In this document: positions 27,631-40,196 of the stretch, one piece after another
How the letters are laid out: the number at the start of each line of letters is the position of its first letter
How positions within the stretch are numbered: position 1 is the first letter of the stretch
Origin: Octopus vulgaris
Taxonomy: Eukaryota
DNA length: 64,000 bases
Assembly (NCBI GenBank): GCA_951406725.2
Contig: OX597825.1
Coordinates: 83,762,001 to 83,826,000 of the forward strand
Direction of reading: 5' to 3'
The notes under the pieces: generated by a model
The model's input: only the letters and a program-made list of their open reading frames with translations
Databases searched by the model: none
Told to the model about the DNA's origin: nothing
Made by a program: the position numbers and the translations under genes

Positions 27631-27939
27631 GATGAAATTATTTTGCCTTCAGCTACAAATATGAGAGCTGTTGACTAAATCTTTGAACTTTACAGCGCCA
27701 ACAGCTACAACAGCAGGGGGCTCCAACAAACACAATCGGAACCGAATCGAATGCCTTTCTATTGCCAAGCCATACTGTCATCAGGTTTCAACAGTGTTTT
27801 CTTACTTGGGACTCTACAGCTTATTTACGTCCCAACATTTATTCACCACAGCAGACATTTTCCCTTACATATTCCTCAATCACTGCTTTCTTGGAATCGC
27901 AATATTCAGAGAAGAATTAGTTAAAAGTTTTTTTTGTTA

Positions 27940-28105
27940 AGTTTCAGCTCAGAGCTGCGGCCATGCTGATGCACCGTACAACAGGGGTCGACACCACTCC
28001 CTGCCGGAGCCTTGTGGAGCTTCAGATATTTTCGCTCAAAAAACACACGCAACCCCCAGTCTGGGAATCGAAACCGCGAGTCCGCTGCCCTAACCACTGG
28101 GCCAT
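27940..28105 (-). mobile_element. V-domain-family SINE head joined to a CR1-type tail
   Basis: Matches the 53079 head (aatggcccagtggttag...gtttcgattcccaga), then gcatggccgcagctctgagctgaaac. Confidence 0.65.
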
Positions 28106-28702
28106 TAACGTTTAGACTAGCAATTGTCCAGGAATGAAAACACTGCCATGTCATTTTTCCACTTAAATATTTACTAATGTAGCCAAGTACGTCAATAATT
28201 ATAAGTATAAATGTCATTTTATAATCTGGACAGAGAACTTGCTTTCGACAGAGCTATTCACCACTGTACATTTACACAGCAGTTGACCACTGTAACAATA
28301 CAAAACTTTATATTTTCTGTACCAAACAACTAATCTAACCAGCTATGTCTCCATTTGGTGTCAGTCTTGTTGGAAATATTCCTGTAATGTCTCTTTCTAG
28401 TGAAACATGTGTATACTCATCAACAGAAATGCACAATTTTTCTCAAGTTAGTCTTTCCTACCTACAGACAGCGCTGAGTGTTCTGTTAGAAATAACATCG
28501 TGGTGCGCTGGAATAAAAGCTGCCGAAGAATTTTAATATCTTTCACTAAAATATAATGTAATCGATATTTTTCGTCACATCTTGAGACTATTTCATTCAT
28601 TTACTCTCTCCTACCATTGGACTGCAGTCATACTGGGGTACCGCGAGTATCACATGCACACACGCACACACAAACGCACGCACACAAACACGCACAAACA
28701 AA

Positions 28703-28760
<58 letters not shown>

Positions 28761-28848
28761 CATAAGTGTATGTGTGCGCATGGACCGCTGAAATCTAGAT
28801 GTGTTTTTCATTCTCTCTCTCTCTCCGTTTGTTTATTTTCTCTTATTG

Positions 28849-28884
28849 CTTTCTGTTGAAGAGCATAGGCTCGAAACGTAAAAG
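28849..28884 (+). ncRNA. Very compact hammerhead motif with A6U change
   Basis: cttt CTGTTGA a GAGC atag GCTC GAAA CG TA aaag; stems I and II perfect, palindromic ACGT. Confidence 0.65.
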
Positions 28885-29129
28885 ACTTTTTCATTTTTCC
28901 CGAGTGTCAAACGAATTGCACTTGCTTGTTGCTCATACGCCTCTCTATATCGAGTTTGCTTTCATTCATCTTGTTGTCGATGAATTAAAACACTGAAGCT
29001 GATGAAGTCTACTTAGTTTCTTCCTGAAATTTAAGGGCTTCTGACTTGGGCTTATGTTTTTAGTCAAATGTCCACACGCTGCTATTTATAGCTTTATAAG
29101 CTTCGAGTTTTCACTTTCTAAAGAAGAAT

Positions 29130-29462
<333 letters not shown>

Positions 29463-30089
29463 GTGGATGGATGTATATTGTGTGTATTGTGTATCAGTGT
29501 AAGCATGTATATGTGTATGTGTATATTAAATATGCATGCGTATCCCACAGACGTTTATTATATATTCTGTAACCATTCATAATTGTTGTTGCTTTTTATC
29601 CTGATCATGATCATGATGATGTTTGACATCGCTTTCTGTTTTATTTCTTCCGTTTCTCTCATAAAATCATTGAAAGCTTAATTTCCCGTTTATTGTAGAC
29701 AGGGTCATATTTTACAAAGAGTACCTACTTCTCGGATGTACTGGCTAATAAATAATTGATCTAGGACGAGTGAACCTACGCATTTTCCTACAGATATCCG
29801 TTCTCGTCCCATTTCGTCTTGCTGTTATTACTGTTGTTGTTGTTTATATTCATTAGAATTCATAAAGTGTGGGCGGCGGTAAACAGGAAAAAAATGTCAG
29901 AGCAACGTTTCCTAAATGCTAGTTTAGTTCCCAACGAGATCCATGGAAAATTCTGGATTCTGCGGGACAAGGCATCCTAACATAAATGTGTGTGTGTGTG
30001 TGCCTCCCTGTTTGTTTGTCTGTACGTGTGAGCATGCGTGCACGTGTTGCTCGTCAGTAGGTTTGCGTGTATATGCATATATGTATGTA

Positions 30090-30149
<60 letters not shown>

Positions 30150-30169
30150 TGTGTGTGTGTGTATGTATG

Positions 30170-30204
<35 letters not shown>

Positions 30205-30529
30205 GCATAAGTAGAGACCTATATGTTTATATGTATATATAAAGGATCGTGGGTAAGGCTAGAACAATGCAAAGAAAAAGCAAGGCAAATCACAAGAAGA
30301 CAAATATGTGAAGTATTGTAAACTTACCCTGCATCCAATATTTCGGGGTTATGATCCCATCCTCAAGGAATTAATGAATTCTGCAGATGTGCCTGTGTGT
30401 GAAGAGGTCATGTGCGGAAATTTATTGCTGTAGCAACCAGCTAGCTTACTCTAACTCACTTCTTTTGTTGATGGTTGGTTTCCTTTGGTGTATGAGGGTC
30501 AATAAACCCCGGAAGAACCCTCATACTCC

Positions 30530-30897
30530 CAAGTCCGGCACGTGCTTCCTAAAGCTACCACACTTTGATGACATAACTAATGTAGCGATACAACCCACAG
30601 TCCGCAGGGAAGGACTCGACATGCAGATAGTGCACACCGGCCCATCCTTGAGAAAAGCTCTGTCCACGAACAACACCTTTCACTACTCTGAGGAGGGACA
30701 TTATCAAACTGCTCCATAAATGACCCTGAAAAATGTCAGATGATCTAAGTTGTATACGAGATCATCTGCGGCAAATGTCGCGCTCCAACACAGGAAGCAC
30801 AAGAAAATTGCATATATGCATTAAGGGACACATGCAAACAGAATCTTCCGTGGGGAAACATCTACGAAAATGCCAGACCCGGGAATTCACAGCGCAC
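30530..30897 (+). pseudogene. Penelope-like element remnant: post-RT linker plus GIY-YIG endonuclease
   Basis: FLKLPHF...VRREGLDMQIVHTGPSLRKALS, then VVYEIICGKCRAP / TGSTRKLHICIKGHMQTESSVGKHLRKC (VVYxIxCxxC..YIGxT.R.L..R..EH pattern) with a stop and a frameshift. Confidence 0.8.
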
Positions 30898-30998
30898 ATC
30901 ATCATCATCATCATCATCGTCGTCGTCGTCGTCTTCGTCGTTGTTATTATTAATATTATTATTATCAATGTTACTATTATTATTATTATTATTATCAA

Positions 30999-31094
<96 letters not shown>

Positions 31095-31097
31095 CAA

Positions 31098-31131
<34 letters not shown>

Positions 31132-31198
31132 GTCAATGTTATTATTATCATTATTATTATTATCATTATTATTATCATTATTATTATCAATGTTATTA
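30897..31198. repeat. (ATC)/(GTC)/(ATT)n compound microsatellite
   Basis: Direct reading. Confidence 0.97.
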
Positions 31199-31289
31199 AT
31201 TAAAATAATCGACTTAATTCAGGTTTGGTGTTATTCCTTGAAAAAATTATATGCGTAACTGGTTACTACCTGTAGTCTTAGGTATTCAC

Positions 31290-32300
31290 AATCTCTGAAT
31301 AATGTTTCAAGTGCTCAAAACCCTTCTAATAATCGTTCCAGTTCCTAAGAGGCAACCTTTCTGTGGGAGCTGTACAGGGTGTTCCATTCCAATCTCCTCC
31401 AACCATTTGTCTATATCATTACACACGGTCCCTAATGCCCCAAATATTATGGGCACTTCTTTTCCTACTACCAATTCTCGCAATTTCAGATTTTAAGCAA
31501 TTGAATTTTTTTTAATTTTCATCTTCTTGCTTTTTACTCTTAGAATCAAACTCACGTGATTCATCAATTTGTAAGCAACTCCGGTTTTTTTTTCTTATCT
31601 ATTATTGTTATATATGGTTTATTATTTTTTTTTCTTCGCCGTTTGAATTGGAAAAGGCCATAAAATCTTGCATTTTCCCGACTAAAGCACCCTTCCAACT
31701 CGATGATCATACCAAGTACTTCCAGCTTTAAGTCCTCATTTTCTACTGAGCTTCCAGTGCAAATCTTTCACAAATTGATTATGCCTCCATTTCGTATAGC
31801 CTCCCTGGGGCAACTTGGAATTTTCTGCCTCTATTTCTGCCATTGTCTGTCCACAAATTCCACAGGCTCTACATTTTGTTGACACCTCCCCATAGACATA
31901 CATTCAGAAGTTGATTGTTTTTAACGCTGGGTTTTGAGCTGCTAGAGTAAGGCTAACGAAGTTCAGGATTTTCTTCCAAATACATCATTAGCCCTCCAAA
32001 ACTGACCATATGAATGTTTCTCTTTAATTCGTTTAACATGCACTCTTTGACTTCCACCCGTGTCCTTTTCTCCTATCCCACACTTGATCACCATTTCTTT
32101 ATTCACTACCTTCAGTAATATCTCGGTGCTGTTCTATACATATTCTAGCAGATATTTTCCTTTCATTTGTACACACATTTTCTTAGCAAATAAGCCTCTT
32201 CCACCCTGGTTTCTCTTCAAGTGCAATCGGTTAATATCAGCTTTCGGTCTGTACATAGTCAACAGCTTTCTAGTATTTTATAGCAAATGTAATCGCTTGA
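31290..32300 (-). pseudogene. Old R4/Dong LINE 3' region (RT thumb to restriction-like endonuclease)
   Basis: DINRLHLKRNQGGRGL, EKHSYGQF, RHNQFVKDLHWKL and VPIIFGALGTV...LLGTGTIIRRVLST*; many stops. Confidence 0.8.
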
Positions 32301-32305
32301 TACTT

Positions 32306-32836
32306 TATTATTATTATTATTATTCAGTAGTTTTATTTTTATAGCGTGCTTTCACTTCACTACCGAGCGCAGCTCTGTGTGCCTTGGGTATGTGCTGTGA
32401 TTTGTTGTGATGCTCTGATGGTTATTGTATGGAAAGTGTTCTGCGTAGGATATGTGCAGTGCCTAGTAGTGCAATTTTCTGTATGTTATATGTGTTTGTA
32501 AGTCCTGGTGTTTTTGTTATGTATTTGTCTGAATATTTTTTATCATGCCTAATGCACCTACTATGATAGGAATTGTTTCTGTTTTCAGATTCCACATTCT
32601 GGTTACCTCTATTTCCAGGTCTTTGTATTTTGATAGTTTCTCCATTTCTTTTAGAGACACGTTGTCATCTGCCGGTATTGATACATCAATTAGAAAGCAT
32701 TTTTATTCTTCATGTTCTCTGACAACTATATCTGGTCTGTTGGCCTTAATTTCTCTATCTGTGTGTATCGGCATATCCCAGAGTATGGTTGCTTTCTCGT
32801 TTTCTATGACCTTTTCTGGTGTGTGCCTATACCATC

Positions 32837-32838
<2 letters not shown>
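32306..32838 (-). mobile_element. Younger 5'-truncated Dong/R4 LINE inserted in (TAA)n
   Basis: WYRHTPEKVIENEKATILWD...RPDIVV...LIDVSIP...EKLSKYKDL...PIIVGALG...LLGTAHILRRTLSIQ*, ~100-bp 3'UTR, (TAA)n on both sides. Confidence 0.9.
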
Positions 32839-32881
<43 letters not shown>

Positions 32882-33226
32882 GTAGTAGTAGTAGTAGTAG
32901 TAGTATTATAAACGCTGTTTCCTAGGATTCAGTATTTTTCTCCAAACGTAAAGATTTTGAATGAAATCTTCGAAAGAGTATCGAAGTACATTTCTAAATA
33001 TGCATAATAGATGAGGAGATTCCTGAACAAGAATTAAAGCATTGTGTTGATGTTACATCAAGAATTAGCAGCTCGTAGAAGGTGGATGAGGTGAAAGGGA
33101 CAATACAGCGTGAGAAGTAAGATAATGAGGCAAGCTTCGAGCAATGACTAACAGACTATTTTGACAGAAATAAAGTATTAAGAGATTACATTAACCATAA
33201 GGCACAGAAAGTATAGTCTGGATATT

Positions 33227-33333
<107 letters not shown>

Positions 33334-33471
33334 TGTGTGCGTGTGTGTCTGTGTCTGTGTGCGTATATCTATGTCTGAGTGTGTGTGTGTGTGTATGTAA
33401 GAACATGTCCAAAGCTTGAGTGTGAATTTTCCGTTCATTCCTTTGTCGTCTGCAATTTTTGAATCTCAGTA

Positions 33472-33484
33472 TATATAAATATAC

Positions 33485-33534
<50 letters not shown>

Positions 33535-33569
33535 TTAATAATTATATATATATATATAAAATTACTAAT

Positions 33570-33618
<49 letters not shown>

Positions 33619-33628
33619 ATTATATATA

Positions 33629-33672
<44 letters not shown>
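33472..33672. repeat. (TA)n tract with aattaataatt interruptions
   Basis: Direct reading. Confidence 0.95.
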
Positions 33673-33675
<3 letters not shown>

Positions 33676-34219
33676 CACTTATAATTTTTATACCGTGCTC
33701 ACTACCTGGTAATCACTAACGTGATTTTCATCCTTATTTTATTATATATATATGTATGTATATATCATATATGTATACATATTTTTATTTACACACACAT
33801 GCACACACACATATATATATACACACACATACATGCACATATATATATGCATCTCCATATATACATATATACTTGGATATACTCCTTTACTATTTAGTTA
33901 TTTCTGTCATTTGACTGCGGCCATGCAGGAGCACCGCCATATATATATAAAGTTAGATAGATATACGGACAGAAGGACAAACAGACAGACCGAAACATAT
34001 ATATATATATATGCACATATATACATATACATTAATATACATATACATACACGAACGTACCTATATACACATACACACGTACATAAGTAGTTCGTCTACA
34101 TGGAGTATATACACACACACCTACATATACACTTGCATACAGACTTATATACATAAACACTCGTAAGAATAAACGTTTAATTGCATAAAATATAATATAA
34201 TATAATATAGGGGCAATAA

Positions 34220-34279
<60 letters not shown>

Positions 34280-34558
34280 ATTTGTATACTCAGCTGCATA
34301 CTATAAAAATAAGGTAATTTGGAAAAGAAGCAAGGAGTTATAAAACCATTTATGTAAATAGCAACGTACTAAAATTATAAGAATTTAGAATATAGAAGAA
34401 TATAAAAAGAATGTGAATATATAACATTAAGGGTCAAAATAAATTGAGAAATATAAAATATATTGACATATAGTGGGTTTATGAAATCATATGTCCCGTA
34501 GGGGAATTAGAGAGTATAATATAAAGATCTATATAAATTATATATACATATATATAAT

Positions 34559-34826
34559 TATTCTGTTGTATGTGGGGAGAGTCATTCTCTTTTGGTGCCT
34601 TATAATTTAACACACTCACCGGTAAAATTTCCACTTATTTCTTGTTTATTCTTCTAAAATTTTCGTTGCATCTTGTAAAATTTTTGAACTTTTCAATATT
34701 GAAAAGGTTGCAAGACGCAATGAAACTTTAGAAAAATAAAAAAGAAATAAGTGGAAATTTTACCGGTGAGTGTGTTAAATTATAAGGCACCAAAAGAGAA
34801 TGACTCACCCCACATACAACAGAATA
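34559..34826. repeat. Fold-back inverted repeat, ~130-bp arms, no spacer, with U3-A8 hammerhead-like motifs at the centre
   Basis: tattctgttgtatgtgggg...ttttcaa TA ttgaaaa...ccccacatacaacagaata; + arm TTGAAAA g GTTGC aagac GCAAT GAAA. Confidence 0.9.
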
Positions 34827-34964
34827 TGCTTCAACACAAACCAAATCCTAAAAGGAAATATATATATATTAATAATAATAATATAACAAAAGAACGAATG
34901 AGGCCTCGATATTATGTAAAATAGAGGAATTTATCTATAAATATAATATGTGACAATTAGCTGG

Positions 34965-35039
34965 TTGTCTTATTAAAACTCGGAGTTTCGGATACAGGGA
35001 CTGAAGTCTGCTCTGGCATCACATCAGTTATTAAGACAA
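34965..35039 (-). ncRNA. Hammerhead motif with A9U change
   Basis: Minus: ttgtcttaataa CTGATGT gatgccag...ctgtatcc GAAA CTCCGAG TT ttaataagacaa; ~12-bp stem I with two mismatches. Confidence 0.7.
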
Positions 35040-35049
35040 AACGCTACTT

Positions 35050-35124
35050 TTGTCTTAATAACTGATGAGATGCCGGAGCAGACTTCATCCCCGGTATCCG
35101 ACACTCTGAGTTTTATTATTACAA
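35050..35124 (+). ncRNA. Hammerhead motif with A14C change
   Basis: ttgtcttaataa CTGATGA GATGCCGG...CCGGTATC c GACA CTCTGAG TT ttattattacaa. Confidence 0.7.
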
Positions 35125-35244
35125 CCAACTAATTGTCATATATATATATATATATATATATAGGGACAGAGAGAGGGAGAGACAATGAGACATGGAAGGA
35201 GGAGGTTCAATCCATATTATATCACGATTATATTATATATTTTT

Positions 35245-35412
35245 TATGCTCTGGACACAAGGCCCGAAATTTTGGGGGAGGTGTCAGTCGATTAGATCAA
35301 CCCCAGTACGCAACTAGTACTTAATTTATCGACCTCCAAAGGATGAAAGACAACGTCAACCTTGGCGGAATTTGAACTCAGAACGTAAAGACACACAAAA
35401 TACCGCTAAGCA
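35245..35412 (-). mobile_element. 5'-truncated Nin-like SINE (type B)
   Basis: cacaaggcccgaaattttgggg...ggcggaatttgaactcagaacg. Confidence 0.85.
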
Positions 35413-35424
35413 GTTGATTAAAGT

Positions 35425-36440
35425 TGATTACGCATTCTGGATTGGAAGTTTCGAGATGTTGAACCTTTATAGGTAAAGCTGTTAGCATTAGTTGTTATAT
35501 TACACTTGCAAACTATATTATTAACTAAACAGTTCCTATTAATCGGACAAGTGTTCGCTGCTGAGACGCTTCCGAAATAAGAAAAGCCGCTGGAAAACCG
35601 ATTATAACAGCAACTCCATCGATTCCTAGGGATATCTGAAGAAGGAATTTTTATTCCAAAATATATCAGATTATGGATGATTAAATTACATCGTTTGTAT
35701 TATAGTGCATTGTTGTGCAATTCAAAACAGTTTATTCTTTACAAACAATATTGACATACAAATCGTTTAATATACTTTGCAGTATATTATGGTTGCAAAT
35801 AGCTGCCACGCACCTACTGATACTGTCATCAATATGCAGTTCCTTGTTGTTGATAATGATAGCCTTAATCGAGCTGGCGTACATAGAACCACTGGAGCCA
35901 AGACTGAGGAAGGTCCAATTAATCGTACAGGTATTTGTGTCATGACAGTTGCACATTCTAGGAGCAACTAGGCTAGGACTATCACCGTTGCTATATAAGC
36001 TGTATGAAGTATGAAGACTAGTATAACTTGAAGTATTAAGACAAATACTGATGCCCTAAAATTGTAATAAATCTGATATGATTGAATTTCATGCATCTGC
36101 GCATGTTCATTTAAACTATGAGCATCCTGCTACTGTTAGCAATAATAATGATGCTAGCCATAGAAGTACTGTTATTGAATCTTCAAGTCATTCTATTAGT
36201 CTTAATACTTCATCTAGCTTATATAATAATGGTGATAGTTCTTACCTGGTTTCACCTAGAATGTGCAACTGTCGTGACACGAACACTTGTACGATTAATA
36301 GGAACTGTTTAGGTAATAATATAGTTTGCAAGTGTAATATAACAACTAATGCTAACAGCTTTACCTATAAAGGTTCAGCATCTCGAAACTTCCAATCCAG
36401 AATGCGTAATCACCTTTTATTTTTTAAAGGATTCTTTTCA
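35425..36440. pseudogene. Rearranged Penelope-like (Neptune-type) GIY-YIG remnants in both orientations
   Basis: + strand CNCRDTNTCTINRNCLGNNIVCKCNITTNANSFTYKGSASRNFQSRMRNH (CNCR..CP..G.CL..VVY...YIG...FK.R..NH pattern); 35425-35557 is an inverted copy of 36280-36412; ~35912-35996 is a diverged inverted copy of ~36221-36305. Confidence 0.8.
35631..35672 (+). ncRNA. Minimal hammerhead motif with G12A change, inside the PLE remnant
   Basis: gatat CTGAAGA a GGAAT tttt ATTCC AAAA TATA TC agatt; palindromic ATATAT; change consistent with CpG decay of CCGAAA. Confidence 0.65.
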
Positions 36441-36720
36441 ACTGTCTACAAACAGATCCAGGCTGAAATAATTAATTCATTCTTCTAGGTGCGAATAAAA
36501 CGATTCTCAACCTTGATACTAACATGGGCCGCCATATATGGATTCTAATGGCGCAGGAGCCCACTTGACATCGGGCATGATGGTAACCTGGCTAGTCCAC
36601 CACGCCACTGGGTATATACCCAATAATGTTACACCGTTATATTTAGTGGCCATTCTATAGCAATTCTGAAGAGGTAAGATTAAAGCTTAATGTATCCAAG
36701 ACTACAATAACCTGAATATA

Positions 36721-36925
36721 AGGCAGCGGGATGGTAGGATAATTAGAACGGCTGCTTACAGTATTTCATCGAACTTTACGTTCTGAAATTCAAATTTCTC
36801 TGGGCTCGACCATGCCTTTTTATCTTGGTCGATAAAATAACTATCAGTCGAGCACTAAGTTTGATCTATTTGACTTACCCCGTCCCCGAAATTGCCGGCC
36901 TTGTTCCAAAATTTGAAATCTCTAT
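36721..36925 (+). mobile_element. Decayed Nin-like SINE (type B)
   Basis: ttacgttctgaaattcaaattt...gtcgataaaataa...ccttgttccaaaatttgaaa. Confidence 0.7.
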
Positions 36926-37366
36926 TACTGGATTATGTCTTCAGCCATTTTTAAGAAAACAAGGTGTGTGATGAAACAGATCTGTTGCTGCTATTTTTAA
37001 CAAGATGGTACACCGGGTTCGAGTAAAGCATGCATACCGTTTCCTAAAATATGTAGAAGGAAGTCTAAAACGATTTACAATATGTTAGCTGGATTTAGCA
37101 TTTTGTGAAGGAAAAACCAAAAAGAAAACAAAAACAGGTTGCTGTAAAGAAGAAAATAAACGACAAGGTTCTCCTCTTTAATTGAAAATGTTTCTACATG
37201 AAATATATTCCCCATTCGTTTCAAAGATCTCTCACTCTAACTCTATCTCTCTCTATCTCTCTCTCTCTGTCTATCTCTACTTCTATCTCTACTTCTATCT
37301 CTCTATCTCTCTCAATCTATCTATCTCTGTCTCACTCTATATATCTCTATCGCTATCTCTCTATCG

Positions 37367-37413
<47 letters not shown>

Positions 37414-37478
37414 ATCAGATAGAACTGATGAAACTCGTGACGTACAAATAATTGTGATTTCACTCAATAAGTACTGTG

Positions 37479-37556
<78 letters not shown>

Positions 37557-37762
37557 TGTGTATGTGTGTATTTGTGTCTGTATGTGTTTGTGTGTGTATT
37601 TACGCATCAGTTTGTGGTCGATAAATTTTAGTCATGAAAAGACATACATACATACAGACAGACAGACACAAGCATATATGTATGTATGTGATTATATATT
37701 ATATGCCTGTACTCACTGACATTACATACGTATGTTGATATATAACTACAAATGCATTATCC

Positions 37763-37805
<43 letters not shown>

Positions 37806-38367
37806 CGTGTCTGTGTGTATTTACATGTCTATATATATACATACATGCACGCATACATATACACATACATTTTCCATAGATTCTTCGAAGAGAGAATTAT
37901 CAAAGCTATTGTTTGTTATAAATTAGAGCTGAAATATCCTTCTCACTTTCTCCAGTCCGGTCCTGACAAATTTCGGCAGCCATTACGAGAGCTTCAAATC
38001 AAAGGTGTATCGAAATTAATGAGAAAAGCGACAAAGACAATATATATAATGCTGCTTGGGTTACACAAATCAAACGACAGAGAGACAGGCAGACAGAGAG
38101 ACAGAGTAAGAAATAAGAGACAGCAGTGACTGGGATAGAGGGAGATATGAAGACACGCAATTCTAGCGCCATATTTCGCTGGACGAGATTCACTGACAAA
38201 TACAATCTACGTGGGCGTCTGTCTCCGATTTAATGCATAACGTGTCAGGCAACAATTGATGTATTTCCCGAGATTTTCAAGTTTTTCGTTAAGATGAAAC
38301 AAACTCTGGTGGGCGTTGCGTATTGTTTGTCAATAAGATAGTCCAGTATGTTATATATGCATGTGTA

Positions 38368-38399
<32 letters not shown>

Positions 38400-38614
38400 C
38401 ATGTGTGTGTGTGTATGTGTGTGAGCAGGCATACACAGGTGAAGAGTACATCTTGTATGTGAAATGAATATACTTTTTTACTATTTTGTAATTGAGTTAG
38501 TGTATATCATTTGTCTGCACACAGAAACACAAACATACACACACACATACACACACGCACACAAACACACACACATACATATATAGCTACATATATATAC
38601 ATATACATACACAC

Positions 38615-38675
<61 letters not shown>

Positions 38676-38884
38676 TATATAATCGGTCTTCTATCATTTT
38701 TTAACTTCTACCAGTTTAAAGTAAAATTATATATACATACATATATATATGTGTGTGTGTATGTTATATATAAAGAGAGTGGGTGATAAAAAACACAGAG
38801 ACAGATATTCATGTTATCCTGTTTGAACAATTTAAGCTATGTATGTATGTGTGTATGTATGTATATATATATACATATATATAA

Positions 38885-38932
<48 letters not shown>

Positions 38933-39451
38933 GTATGCACACACGCACATACATCCATATAAATGCACCGACATACATATATATACATATGTGTATATTA
39001 ATCTATGAACTTTCATCTATATTTACACATATGTATATATGCGTATATATGTTTTCGCACATATGCACACATGCATGTATATACATGTGCGTGTGTGTGT
39101 GTGTGTGTACGTGTATGTCTGTGCATAACCACATTTACAGATAAATGCTTTCAAATTTTAATGGCTGTCAAGATCAAGGACGCAATACATGCGTTGACTA
39201 ATATTTCCAACAACTCGTTTGCGTTGGTTTTGTCAATCCTCTTCTGCTTTTCTCTTCTGATGTTTGAATAATCACCACCGACCAATCATTGAAGTCACTG
39301 AGAATACCATTCCTATATGAAATACATATACACGCATACACACACACACACACACACACATTCACACATATATGTCTGTGTGTGATGTGTGTGTATAGAT
39401 ATGTGTGTGTGTGTGTGTATAGATATGTTTGTGTGTGTGTAAATCTATATA

Positions 39452-39658
39452 TTCTCTTTTTTTACTCTCTTTTTCTTGTTTCAGTCATTTGACTGCGGCC
39501 ATGCTAGAGTACCGCCTTAAGTCGAGCAAATCGACCCCAGGACTTATGCTTTGGAAGCCTAGTACTTTTTTTATCGTTCTCATTTGCCGAACCGCTAAGT
39601 TACGGGGACGTAAACACACCAGCATCGGTTGTCAAGCAATGTTGGGGAGACAAACACA

Positions 39659-39750
<92 letters not shown>

Positions 39751-40196
39751 TACGACGGGCTTCTTTCAGTTTCCGTCTACCAAATCCATTCACAAGGCTT
39801 TGGTCGGCCCGAGGCTATATTAGAAGATACTTAGAAGACGTTTAAGGCAGCGAGCTGGTTTAAGGCGCGAGCTGGCTTAAGGCGGCGAGCTGGCAGAAAC
39901 GTTAGCACGCCGGGCGAAATGCGTAGCCGTATTTCGTCTGCAGTTACGTTCTGAGTTCAAATTCTGCCGAGGTCGACTTTGCCCTTCATCCTTTCGGGGT
40001 CGATAAATTAAGTACCAGTTACACACTGGGGTCGATGGAATCGACTTAATCCCTTTGTCTGTCCTTGTTTGCCCCCTCTGTGTTTAGCCCCTTGTGGGTA
40101 GTAAAGAAATATATATTAGAAGACACTTGCTCGAGGTGCCACGCAGTGGGACTGAACCCAGAAACATGTGGTTCGTAAGCAAGCTACTTACCACAC
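39452..40196 (-). mobile_element. CORE-like tRNA SINE with internal microsatellite, interrupted by a nested SINE
   Basis: Minus: gtgtggtaagtagcttgc...gggttcagtcccactgcgtggcacctcgagcaagtgtcttc...(TA)n(TG)n...gcatggccgcagtcaaatgactgaaac; collinear with 58722-59233. Confidence 0.88.
39841..40111 (+). mobile_element. Nested Nin-like SINE (type A) with triplicated 5' end and 17-bp TSD
   Basis: TSD tatattagaagaYactt at 39816 and 40112. Confidence 0.92.

Larger units (their letters stand above)
34945..35142. repeat. Inverted repeat, ~95-bp arms and ~6-bp spacer, made of two head-to-head hammerhead motifs
   Basis: tgacaattagctggttgtcttattaaaactcggagtttcgg... versus ...ccgacactctgagttttattattacaaccaactaattgtca. 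Confidence 0.9.

Noticed and set aside
36666-36720. CTGAAGA GGT...ACC
   Set aside because: No GAAA or stem III follows.
37411-37445. ctcatcag/ctgatga small hairpin; also CTGATGA at 28989 and 43381
   Set aside because: Core 5' halves with no stem II plus GAAA; expected by chance.
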